Shown: piece by piece, positions 57,301-63,676 of the stretch
How positions within the stretch are numbered: the stretch's first letter is position 1
Layout of the letters: the number at the start of each line of letters is the position of its first letter
Notes under the pieces: model-generated
The model's input: only the letters and a program-made list of their open reading frames with translations
What the model was told of the DNA's origin: nothing
Databases searched by the model: none
Program-made: the position numbers and the translations under genes
NCBI RefSeq assembly: GCF_037042905.1
Contig: NC_087252.1
Span: forward strand, 10,912,001-10,976,000
From: Lytechinus pictus
Lineage: Eukaryota
DNA: 64,000 bases
Reading direction: 5' to 3'

Positions 57301-60300
57301 ACGACCACATACAGTGTTTACTGTAATGTCTTCAAATTTCCATTGAATAGTAGTAAACATATGTTTCATGCATTTTGGAATACAACCAATGTCAAAAGAT
57401 GTTATTATAGGTATTATGAGGTTTAGATGTACAGTAGGTATTTTTATCCTGTGCAAAAATCCATTATCATCTATAAATAAGGAAGAGCATACTGTGGTAC
57501 ATGTATATAGTTGGGGAAATGATCAAGGCAGTGCATAGGAAATGCATAGGAGGTTAATGCGAAATGCATAGGAAGTATATGAGCTACAGTACATAAATGC
57601 AAATATATGGGCAATGTGTATACTGAAGTGTATACGGTACTGGAAATGTATGCAGGCAATGCAAACCGATATGATGTAGGAAGTACAATGTAGGCTATGC
57701 ATAGGAAGTGTGCAGTCAATGCATATGATCTGTACATGTACATGTATATATGGGTGAGGTATAGGAAGTGTACAGGTAAATGCATAGGAAGTGTACAGTC
57801 AATGCATATGATCTGTATAAGGGTTAGGTATAGGAAGAGTGAAGGTATTATGCATAGGAAGTAGGCTATGCATAGGAAGTGTACAGTCAATGTACATGAT
57901 CTGTATAAGGGCTAGGTATAGGAAGTGTACAGGTAAATGCATATGAAGTAGCCTATGCATAGAAAGTGTACAGTCAATGCATATGATCTGGGCTAGGTAT
58001 AGGTGTACAGATAAATGCATAGGAAGTGCATACAGTCTATGCATGTAGGAGCAATGCATAGGAAGTAGGGTGCTGTGCAGATAGTGTGCACTGGTTATGC
58101 ATCGGAGGTGTATAATCACATAAGGAGTATAGATGGGTTATGCAACGCAGATGCATTGGGAGTGAGTGCATAGGATATGCATATGAGTAATATGTACAGG
58201 AAGTGTCCAGGTAAATGTAGGAGGTGTGCAGGGGTATGCACAAAAGAAAGTGTATATATGTATAAGGGCTACATGTTTGCATAGGAAGTGCGTAAATAAG
58301 TAAAGGAGTGTATAGGTAATGCGTAGGCAGCATATAAGAAAATGGGCAAATGCATAGGAAGTGCATATATACGGATGCGTTGGCAGTGCATACAGGTATA
58401 AACAGCGTGTAGCAAGGAATCTGTGAAGGCAACATGGCAGAGTTTTGAAAGAAATCACCTGTGGTACAAGCTGTACGCTCAACTGTTCCTGAGACGGGAC
58501 AGAAGAAACCTATCTCACATTCCGTACAGGAGGAGCTTCCGTTCAGAGCATAGTAACCTGGATCGCAAATAGTTGCAAGAGCGCCCCCTCCAGGGCACTC
58601 GTAACCACCGGGACAAGTTGAGCAGGATGTTTCACCGGCAGAACTGTAAGAACCAGCTTCACAAGGCATCTGGGTAACGGCATTGCAGAAGTATCCTGCT
58701 TCACATTTGGTGCATTCTGAGGCTCCTGTGGTGTTGGAGAAGTAGCCATCAGCACAGACGACAGGCTCAATGGTTCCATTGACAAGGCAGTAATGTCCGA
58801 CATCACAAGGACTGCAAGCTGAACTACCATTGCGAGCATAATACCCTTCCTGACATTGACTTGCAGCTGCACCCCCGCCAGGGCATTCAAAACCACCAGG
58901 ACAAGAACTGCAAGATGTGGCTAATGAATCACTGTAATATCCTTCATCACAAGCAAGTTCGCTAGATGGAGTACAATAGTAACCTGCAGAACATGGCAAG
59001 CAAGATTCTGGACTGCTTCCAGGGTTATAGTAGCCATCTGGGCACTGAATCTGTGCAACTGTTCCATTCAAAGGACAGTAGAACCCTGCATCACATGAGC
59101 TGCAACTCTCGCTTCCGTTAAAACTGTAGCTTCCGACAAGGCATTGGATTGGTTCTCCGGTTCCATTGCAAGAGTACCCTCCAGGACATTGAAGACAGGA
59201 TGTAGCTCCTGCATTGCTGTAATATCCAGCAGCACAAGGTGATATCGAAGAAGGGGAGCAGTAGTATCCTGCAGTACACATAGCACATTGTGAAGCCCCT
59301 GAAGAACTTGAATAGGAATCCTCAGGACAAATGATAGGTTCAATTGTACCACTCAAGGGACAGTAGTGTCCAACATCACACGGGCTGCAAGATGAACTTC
59401 CATTATGAGCATAATACCCTTCCCCACACTGGTTTGCAGTTGTGCCCCCTCCGGGACATTCAAAACCACCAGAACAAGTCGAGCAGGATGTTTCACCGGC
59501 AGAACTGGAAGATCCAGCTTCACATGGCATCTGGGAAATGGCATTGCAGAAGTATCCTGCCTCACATTGAGTGCATTCTGAGGCTCCTGTGGTGTTTGAG
59601 AAGTAGCCATCCACACAGATGACAGGCTCAATTGTACCATTGACAAGGCAATAATGTCCGACATCACAAGGACTGCAAGCTGAACTACCATTGCGAGCAT
59701 AATACCCTTCCTGACATTGACTTGCAGCTGCACCCCCGCCAGGGCATTCAAAACCACCAGGACAAGAACTGCAAGATGTGGCTAATGAATCACTGTAATA
59801 TCCTTCATCACAAGCAAGTTCGCTAGATGGAGTACAATAGTAACCTGCAGAACATGGCAAGCAAGATTCTGGACTGCTTCCAGGGTTATAGTAGCCATCT
59901 GGGCACTGAATCTGTGCAATTGTTCCATTCAAAGGACAGTAGAACCCTGCATCACATGAGGTGCAGCTCTCGCTTCCGTTGAAACTATGAGTTCCTTCAA
60001 GACATTGGATAGGTTCACCAGTTCCGCTGCAGGAGTACCCTCCTGGACATTGCAGACAGGATGTGGCTCCTCCATTGCTGTAATACCCAGCAGCACAAGG
60101 GGCTATTGAAGAAGGCGTGCAATAGTATCCTGCGGTGCATTTTGTACATTCCTCAGAGTTCAATCCGGTGGTGTAATATCCATCAGCACACTGAATATGC
60201 TCAGTAGTTCCATTCAAAGGACAGTAGAACCCCGCTTCACAGGCTGTGCAGCTATCGCTTCCACTTCCAGCATATGTTCCAGCAAGACATATTACAGGAC

Positions 60301-63162
60301 CTTCAGGGCCGCTGCAGGAATATCCATTTGGACACTCCGTACAGGATGTGGCCCCTGCATTGCTGTGATAACCAACATCGCATATTGTCTGCGCTGTGGA
60401 ATTACAGTAATACCCTTGTGCGCATTGGCTGCAGGTCTCGGAACCAGAGGCACTTGAAAAGTAACCTGAAAACACAAGTTACTGTTATGGTTAGATGGCA
60501 TGCAATTAGAACAGTCTTAAACTCTTTGAACTAAAAAATAATGATTTCAAAAGAAACAATGTCAGACATCTTTAATGAGAGAAGTTGAAAATGTTTTCAA
60601 TAGGGTTAAAAAGATCCATATTATAATTCAACAAATCTAAAAGACTGAGGAAACATGCAATTTGTTTATGGAAAACTGTATGAACATATTGAAAGACAAA
60701 TTTAACTTTTAAAAGGAGATGCTGAAACACAAGTAAATTCTCGATTGGAAAAAAAATTTGCAAGTATTTGCGTTTCAATGTCATCCTTGAAAAGTAGCAT
60801 CATAAAGTATTCAGCAATCAGATCTGCTGAAAAATTGGTTTGCCATAATTTGTGCTGCAAATGCATATAATGATAATAGGGTATTTACATTGAGCACATA
60901 TCCACCTTGAAAACATGCACATGTGTTTAACCCCACCCGTGTCGGGTGAAAAATTCTACCAAATATTTGAGTGATTTTTTTAAGTTCATACAAGTTGATA
61001 CAGTTGCAACACAGACCGTGACCATGTATTTTATTCCAACATGCATGTCTTCTTCTATTAAGTTTAAAAATTGTGACCAGGGCCCCGTCTTAAAAAGAAT
61101 GTCCTTTGTAAGCAAAGGCGAACACACAAAATTTTTAAGAAAACAATGAATTTACGAGTATACATCATATCTAGAAAATATTTTGAACAAATTTGCATTT
61201 AAGATGTTGACGTTGCTGGCCGTCCATAGTTGTGGTTGATCAGATCAATCGCAAGTGTAAGATGGGGCCCAGTAATACTTTTTCTTCTTTGAAGTATTTT
61301 GTCGCTAGAATCGAAGGGTGTTTAGGAGTACTGTTCAAGGCGGGGGAAAAAATATCAATTTTTCCGGGGTTACTTTTTGAGAGCCCAATTTTTCTACATT
61401 GTAGTGCAGTTTACATTGGACCCTATAGAATTTTCTGGGACTCTTGTATAGTTTTCCAGGGCTCTTTAGGGGGGGAAATTTGCCATGAATATAAAAACAA
61501 CTGAGTTTTAATATTCCTAAGCCATTGTTGCCAATAAAATCACAACAATTGCTTTTAACAATATTTTGGGCAGCGTAACACAAAGCTTTATTGATCGTGG
61601 GGCTGATTTTTATGATTGATAATACACAATAATCAATGCAATCAATCGTAGAAATCAGCCTGATGATTGATTGCTAGTATACATATTTATGTTTTTGTAA
61701 AGGCTGCAGTACATACATGTAGCATGCAGGCCAAAAATGATAAACATGAAAATCGTATTGATTGAGCTTTTGCTCTATGCCACTAAAAGACCCAAACAAT
61801 TGAGCCGGGATTTTATCGTGAAAATCGGGATGTAAAAATCAATTTCTATTTGAAACATTGATTACTATGCACAATATCTAGGTCATAACTATCCAACTAT
61901 GGCATCAGACTATATGTACATGTATACCCCATTGTTGCTATGGAAACATTGTAAATGTTTGTTTACCTGTGTAATATAATCTACAATAAAAGTTGGACTC
62001 TTGTGATTCTATACTACACGTAGAGTCCCCTCCATTGTTCAAAGTTTGACCTAATTTCCAGCATTCTCCTCTTGTTTTCTCTTCTTTTTTTTGAGGTTTA
62101 TAAGGAATCAATATCGCATTGTAATTCTTATTTTAAATCTGACAAGAAGATTTGATAATGGAGCGTGTGGATAATCATATCTCCTAATCTTGTCAGGCTG
62201 TTTCGTTTGAAAGATAAAAAATATTTCATTCTGAACAGACATGGGGGTATGAGCATTTGCACAAGCTGTCCCAGGTCCCAGGAACGGTCTCCTTATGGTT
62301 GCGGGATGATGCTTCAGTTCATAGTAAAACATTATCCTTGAAATAAGCCTAATTGTTGCTCCTGATTCCAGATGGATAACTAGTAATTGTCCTTGATTTT
62401 TTCACCATTTCTTCCTGTCCAGAGAAGATATTTTATCTTTCTTCCTTTCATACCAAAAGAGAATTCTGCAGGCTAGATTGAGAGCCTTATAAATCAGATT
62501 TACCAGCAATCATGAGGCTTAATGTGTATTTCCATTTGAATTCAGGAACGAGTGCTCATTAAAGTCATGGAAAATTAAATGGGAATCAACATTGAATGGT
62601 CAATGGTTATGTGCTTCAGTACATTAATGGGAAATTTCAAAATATGAAAATATTCACTCAAAGATTGGTTTGTAGGCCTATTTCAGACACATATTTTGTA
62701 GTTAATAGAGCTTTAAAGTGGTCATTCATTTCCATTTGAATTCCAGAATGAACACCCATTAAACAAGTAGAAAAAAAAAGGAAATTCAACATGGAGGTGT
62801 TATCTGTTAAATTATCCATTTCAAAACGTCAGTGGGAAATTTCAAAATGTGACAAGATTCACTCAATTTAAGATTAGTCTGAAATCCAGACACATATTTT
62901 GTAGTTACAACTTTTAGTGGTCGTTATTTAAATTTCCATTTGATTCCCGGAATGAACGCCTATTGAATAAATGGAAAATTAATGAAATTCAACATTGAAG
63001 TGTTATATCGGTTAATGCATTATGTACAGGTATTTCAAAATGTCAATGGAAAGATTCAAAATATGAAGAGATACACTCAATTTAAGATTAGCCTATAATC
63101 CAGACACATACCTGTAGGGCATGGAGTAGGTTCGTCAAGGCCACTAGTTGGACATTGGTAGC
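91..63162 (-). CDS. Giant multi-exon Cys-rich repeat protein (Ephrin_rec_like / GCC2-GCC3 type), internal portion: 50 exons, ~3,517 codons, incomplete at both ends
   Basis: Chain of GT-AG exons with compatible phases at every junction, summing to 10,551 nt. Translation is repeated CPxGxYC / CxxCxxGxYC motifs. No start or stop in the window. Confidence 0.9.
345..415. mobile_element. 71-bp piggyBac-type mini-MITE
   Basis: TTAA|CCCATTG...CAATGGG|TTAA; inverted relative at ~25307-25385. Confidence 0.6.
1307..1524 (-). CDS. exon 49 (218 bp, 2-1)
   Basis: YYCSSNSSTPTPEDGGITGDPCTEGHYC. Confidence 0.88.
2091..2235 (-). CDS. exon 48 (145 bp, 1-2)
   Basis: TPTPENCPVGTWSDSLGLEKASDCYPC. Confidence 0.87.
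2730..3050 (-). CDS. exon 47 (321 bp, 1-1)
   Basis: YYCDVADAPISDYTNHPCPVGHYC. Confidence 0.89.
3305..3457 (-). CDS. exon 46 (153 bp, 1-1)
   Basis: HYCPVGQSSSSPFPCGEGYYC. Confidence 0.87.
4215..4367 (-). CDS. exon 45 (153 bp, 1-1)
   Basis: NGTGANPPMCPSGTYSNGTGL. Confidence 0.86.
4440..5390 (-). mobile_element. tRNA-derived SINE split by the piggyBac-type element
   Basis: A/B-box head at ~5320-5388 on the minus strand; body appears to resume below 4517. Confidence 0.6.
4522..5301. mobile_element. non-autonomous piggyBac-type element inserted in a SINE
   Basis: TTAA|CCCTAAATCTCCCGGGG...CCCCGGGAGAATTAGGG|TTAA; palindromic GGGGGCCATTATGGCCCCC near both ends; no ORF. Confidence 0.8.
5698..5814 (-). 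CDS. exon 44 (117 bp, 1-1)
   Basis: LADVAGKCMEGFYCISTAVRPDPTDGITGDICPRGRYC. Confidence 0.86.
6413..6592 (-). CDS. exon 43 (180 bp, 1-1)
   Basis: YFCIQGAWTAKPMDFDNYTDGDCLCP. Confidence 0.87.
7150..10510. mobile_element. foldback-type element with ~1-1.6 kb modular inverted arms
   Basis: Termini TAGTAGACCGGCCAAAA / TTTTGGCCGGTCTACTA; arms built from ~640-bp units in inverted orientation; flanked by TAT. Confidence 0.8.
10543..10692 (-). CDS. exon 42 (150 bp, 1-1)
   Basis: TEHAYQYPCPKGTYRPNENGQTLSDCTICDPGKYC. Confidence 0.87.
11140..11295 (+). mobile_element. short tRNA-derived SINE
   Basis: TGTGGTCCAGTGG...GTTTGAATCC; inverted relative at 21512-21668. Confidence 0.65.
11409..11612 (-). CDS. 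exon 41 (204 bp, 1-1)
   Basis: DDITGAPCPVGTYCEEGSSEPIGCPAGTY. Confidence 0.88.
12224..12490 (-). CDS. exon 40 (267 bp, 1-1)
   Basis: VNISNPDGETNSGIGGPCPKGFFC. Confidence 0.88.
12810..13058 (-). CDS. exon 39 (249 bp, 1-1)
   Basis: FYCADGERLLACPRGHYCPEGTG. Confidence 0.88.
13707..13877 (-). CDS. exon 38 (171 bp, 1-1)
   Basis: YFCAGKAKTQYPTDGETGNICPVGHYC. Confidence 0.88.
14051..14405. repeat. 119-bp tandem repeat x3
   Basis: TCACTAAAGGAAGTGTAAGATG at 14052, 14171, 14290. Confidence 0.9.
14573..14780 (-). CDS. exon 37 (208 bp, 0-1)
   Basis: ANATILGGGECPAGYYCPEGTETPTSYPCQNGTY. Confidence 0.87.
15348..15515 (-). CDS. exon 36 (168 bp, 0-0)
   Basis: GTHRVETSAQEVGDCTTCPPGKFC. Confidence 0.87.
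15527..15800 (-). mobile_element. tRNA-derived SINE
   Basis: GTGGTCTAGTGG...GGGTTCGAATCC head, CCTTCAGCAAGAAATTT core, (ATT)n tail. Confidence 0.8.
16021..16298. mobile_element. MITE
   Basis: TIR GGGCCCTGTTGTACAAAGAGTTA / TAACTCTTTGTACAACAGGGCCC; relatives at ~31370-31620 and ~61080-61270. Confidence 0.75.
17030..17333 (-). CDS. exon 35 (304 bp, 2-0)
   Basis: YYCAGDNNPEPTGPCEPGYFCTGG. Confidence 0.88.
17433..17605. mobile_element. MITE (GGGTGTTTCATAAAGCTG family)
   Basis: TIR-bounded; second copy at ~33766-33955. Confidence 0.7.
17895..18043 (-). CDS. exon 34 (149 bp, 0-2)
   Basis: APVDGFTGGVCPPGGYCPAGTAYPANCPLGTY. Confidence 0.87.
18792..18986 (-). CDS. exon 33 (195 bp, 0-0)
   Basis: GFFCPAGSQYPSACPTGTYGN. 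Confidence 0.88.
19020..19176. repeat. (CAT)n microsatellite running into N gap 19177-19307
   Basis: direct; similar tracts at ~3840-3990, 20560-20790, 21240-21405, 25070-25180, 25525-25720, 28860-28950. Confidence 0.9.
19341..19523 (-). CDS. exon 32 (183 bp, 0-0)
   Basis: AGDCPGGHFCPEGTADQYANPCSASFY. Confidence 0.86.
19923..20045 (-). CDS. exon 31 (123 bp, 0-0)
   Basis: DPYPRHCPNGTFSDETGLIQESECQICPKGQYC. Confidence 0.86.
20263..20454 (-). CDS. exon 30 (192 bp, 0-0)
   Basis: DWGATSCTTCEPGYYCDERATTQTNMYAYKICPAG. Confidence 0.87.
21063..21186 (-). CDS. exon 29 (124 bp, 2-0)
   Basis: GTFREEEEGGSEDDCSQCTEGHYC. Confidence 0.86.
21512..21668 (-). mobile_element. short tRNA-derived SINE
   Basis: reverse-complement relative of 11140-11295. 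Confidence 0.65.
21689..21830 (-). CDS. exon 28 (142 bp, 1-2)
   Basis: TQSANQYPCHEGSYSNERGNIRWEQCVDCTEGHYC. Confidence 0.87.
22403..22627 (-). CDS. exon 27 (225 bp, 1-1)
   Basis: TGGLQLPPAVCAQGHYCPAGTQHSDQYPCPAG. Confidence 0.88.
22964..24648. mobile_element. solo-LTR candidate (1,685 bp)
   Basis: TACAG|TGTCAC...GTGACA|TACAG: TG..CA ends, 6-bp terminal inverted repeat, 5-bp TSD, no long ORF. Confidence 0.7.
24888..25024 (-). CDS. exon 26 (137 bp, 2-1)
   Basis: YFCPAGSDSPNDADNACPAGTF. Confidence 0.87.
25868..26060 (-). CDS. exon 25 (193 bp, 1-2)
   Basis: QGECKTCPAGYYCPSGTDTPQACPAGTFN. Confidence 0.87.
26129..26441. mobile_element. Harbinger-like MITE
   Basis: TIR GGCCCGTATTCTGAAGT / ACTTCAGAATATGGGCC; inverted copy at 41942-42276. 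Confidence 0.75.
26570..26850 (+). mobile_element. tRNA-derived SINE
   Basis: A/B boxes, shared core, (ATT)n tail; closely similar to 47663-47940. Confidence 0.8.
26905..27018 (-). CDS. exon 24 (114 bp, 1-1)
   Basis: TSLPRECPKGYYCPEGTGAADENPCLDGTF. Confidence 0.86.
28099..28293 (-). CDS. exon 23 (195 bp, 1-1)
   Basis: YFCPQDPVIGTPSAEYLCPRGYFC. Confidence 0.88.
28973..29080 (-). CDS. exon 22 (108 bp, 1-1)
   Basis: YYCEDGLNELACPAGTFGNRTGATAAAEGCAACPE. Confidence 0.86.
29457..29645 (-). CDS. exon 21 (189 bp, 1-1)
   Basis: LQTACTPCPIGHYCPVTDQVPVICDAGYY. Confidence 0.88.
30279..30363 (-). CDS. exon 20 (85 bp, 0-1)
   Basis: ECTPCPAGSFCNDTKTSPETCADGYYSE. Confidence 0.85.
30410..30793. mobile_element. 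MITE with internal TTCCCTGA repeats
   Basis: ATACT|CAGGGTTCCCAGC...GCTGGGAACCCTG|ATACT. Confidence 0.75.
31825..32025 (-). CDS. exon 19 (201 bp, 0-0)
   Basis: SCTRCPPGKECPDRDDSSTIVDCDEGYY. Confidence 0.88.
32868..32993 (-). CDS. exon 18 (126 bp, 0-0)
   Basis: GYFSEGGLSECHACPAGYQCPSTTSNSSVPCGFGYYADEGAR. Confidence 0.87.
33105..33370 (+). mobile_element. tRNA-derived SINE
   Basis: GTGGCTCAGTGG...GGGTTCAAATCC, GACCCAGGTGTAGTAAATGGGTACC, ATT tail. Confidence 0.75.
33766..33955. mobile_element. MITE
   Basis: GGGTGTTTCATAAAGCTG...TTTATGAAACAGCCC. Confidence 0.7.
34148..34415 (+). mobile_element. tRNA-derived SINE
   Basis: same family as 15527-15800. Confidence 0.8.
34577..34776 (-). CDS. exon 17 (200 bp, 1-0)
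   Basis: SYSLGNQSTCTICQPGYICPNTTTDANIAACPAG. Confidence 0.87.
35410..35633 (-). CDS. exon 16 (224 bp, 2-1)
   Basis: LAPSTCGEGSYSLPLSTECTNCPAGYAC. Confidence 0.87.
35685..35835. repeat. (AAT)n/(ACT)n microsatellite
   Basis: direct. Confidence 0.85.
36016..36260 (-). CDS. exon 15 (245 bp, 0-2)
   Basis: MIPMCLLCPAGDSCSISSTSNCTEGEY. Confidence 0.88.
36679..36867 (-). CDS. exon 14 (189 bp, 0-0)
   Basis: GLQCTDCPAGFYCPDPTNVPQSCPMGTY. Confidence 0.87.
37306..37424 (-). CDS. exon 13 (119 bp, 1-0)
   Basis: MFSLEQASSCTPCPVGSLCLVAGDLPTVCPTGTYSGLGE. Confidence 0.86.
38480..38795. mobile_element. truncated Kolobok-like MITE
   Basis: left half of the 43954-44558 family; ends next to the exon 12 donor. 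Confidence 0.7.
38809..39199 (-). CDS. exon 12 (391 bp, 0-1)
   Basis: VGEYSNGTDCLPCPQGFMC. Confidence 0.9.
39611..39691 (-). CDS. exon 11 (81 bp, 0-0)
   Basis: FSTSGSTSCASCPVGQACGSSGQGLCQ. Confidence 0.8.
40979..41092 (-). CDS. exon 10 (114 bp, 0-0)
   Basis: CAAGTYQTASMQTSCTECPANFRCPNNTQEPIACEAGF. Confidence 0.86.
41271..41531. other. assembly gap (N run); others at 19177-19307 and 20639-20765
   Basis: direct; the gaps are flanked by trinucleotide-repeat-like sequence. Confidence 0.98.
41942..42276. mobile_element. Harbinger-like MITE
   Basis: TTA|GGCCCG...TGGGCC|TAA; inverted copy of 26129-26441. Confidence 0.75.
42321..42409 (-). CDS. exon 9 (89 bp, 1-0)
   Basis: YQCADETKSPEACPPGYYTDQTGQETCIT|gtaatg. 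Confidence 0.82.
43485..43675 (-). CDS. exon 8 (191 bp, 2-1)
   Basis: CPTMDAEPIICQAGQYASLAQTSCQDCPKG. Confidence 0.88.
43954..44558. mobile_element. Kolobok-like MITE
   Basis: TTAA|AGGTCAAGTCCACCCC...GGGGTGGACTTGTCCT|TTAA. Confidence 0.78.
44744..46807. mobile_element. non-autonomous Tc1/mariner-like element (~2.06 kb) with nested small MITE at ~45092-45232
   Basis: TIR TACACAACAAAAAAAGTAAGTCCCCCCT / AGGGGGGACTTACTTTTTTTGTTGTGTA, TA flanks; no transposase ORF. Confidence 0.78.
47245..47409 (-). CDS. exon 7 (165 bp, 2-2)
   Basis: CIDGTFSNETNAISCMVCPAGSEC. Confidence 0.87.
47663..47940 (+). mobile_element. tRNA-derived SINE
   Basis: GTGGCCCAGTGG...GGGTTCGAATCCC; ATT tail. Confidence 0.8.
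48660..49480. repeat. degenerate ~115-120 bp minisatellite, ~7 copies
   Basis: recurring AACAGTGTGAATACATTTCCACACTGTGGATAC. Confidence 0.8.
49563..49745. mobile_element. MITE
   Basis: GGGAGGTTTCACAA...TTGTGAAACACCC; partial relative at ~503-685. Confidence 0.6.
49758..49962 (-). CDS. exon 6 (205 bp, 1-2)
   Basis: PVPCPDGYYSLANATTCIPCPGGYQC. Confidence 0.88.
50985..51965 (-). mobile_element. possible decayed non-LTR retrotransposon 3' fragment
   Basis: broken minus-strand reading with LINE ORF2-like composition; no intact motif verified. Confidence 0.35.
52062..52330 (+). mobile_element. degenerate tRNA-derived SINE
   Basis: CCTTTGGCAAGGCA...CACCCAGGG...TGGGTACCGG core. Confidence 0.6.
52448..52563 (-). 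CDS. exon 5 (116 bp, 2-1)
   Basis: PWAVKYCLECPDGSYQDSPGQASCEACTAGSACLDKTS. Confidence 0.85.
52644..53057. mobile_element. Harbinger-like MITE
   Basis: TAA|AGGTGACGGCACACCTTACGA...TCGTAAGGTGTGCAGTGGCCT|TTA. Confidence 0.65.
53834..53921 (-). CDS. exon 4 (88 bp, 1-2)
   Basis: LSSCMACPEGYSCNNTMASPLICAPGTY. Confidence 0.85.
54936..55103 (-). CDS. exon 3 (168 bp, 1-1)
   Basis: YYANETGSQSCEQCPEGYRC; AG/GT bounded. Confidence 0.88.
57480..58400. repeat. low-complexity TGCATAGGAAGT satellite
   Basis: many degenerate TGCATAGGAAGTGTACAG units. Confidence 0.85.
58459..60465 (-). CDS. exon 2, giant (2,007 bp, phase 1-1), ~7 x 96-aa Cys repeats
   Basis: tttcag|GT...ACAG|gtgatt; Cys-rich part of ORF 58037..60475. 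Confidence 0.92.
62120..62520 (-). mobile_element. possible decayed RTE-like LINE 3' fragment
   Basis: reading 'RIMFYYELKHHPATIRRP' loosely resembles RTE ORF C-termini. Confidence 0.3.
62525..63111. repeat. ~200-bp tandem repeat x3 abutting the exon 1 donor
   Basis: TTTCCATTTGAATTC...CAGACACATA units starting near 62529, 62730, 62934. Confidence 0.8.
63112..63162 (-). CDS. exon 1 in window (51 bp, phase 1-1)
   Basis: ttatag|GC...ACAG|gtatgt; YQCPTSGLDEPTPCPT. Confidence 0.8.
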
Positions 63163-63676
63163 CTATAAACAAATAGAAAGGAAAATAAGTTAGAATGAGG
63201 AGACTCAGCCCATGGTCTACCTCAGTGCTAGAATTATGGAAAGCCACAAGTGTCAAATATTGTTTACATTGTATGTTTCTAATGTTTTACTGCGCTCTTG
63301 CCTAATCCCTTAATGGTGAAGACAGCTATCATGGTTAAGAATGATATGAGAGTCAAATGAGCTGATACATTGAGCTTCTACTGTTTAATAGCGAGTTATG
63401 TCACAATTGGCTATCCATAGTTAAGCCATAACTAGAGACCAGAGTTTAAAATCAAATTAAACCCAATTTCAGATTAGGGGCTATTATGAATATGAAACTT
63501 ACTAAATGAAACAAACATACATGTACATGTAAGTCTCTGATTCTTTGATGCAAATAGATCAGACCTTCATTTATTTCTGTTACTTTGCTGAGGATGTGAC
63601 TATAATTAATTTACTAAGTCTGTAAAATCATGCAATATTCAATACTCAAACTTTACTCATGCAATGTTACATTTAA

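Noticed and set aside
58037-58458. C-terminal ~140 aa of the 812-aa ORF as a protein tail
   Set aside because: The Cys pattern ends at a phase-1 donor (58458); the rest is read-through into the intronic satellite.
2713-60534. Plus-strand ORFs overlapping exons as a second gene
   Set aside because: Antisense shadows of GC-richer exons with no coherent splice chain or domain.
91-63162. Naming the gene SVEP1, SCUBE, MEGF or an Eph receptor
   Set aside because: No CUB, sushi, vWA, canonical EGF or kinase domain is visible and the repeat count is far higher; no symbol can be supported.
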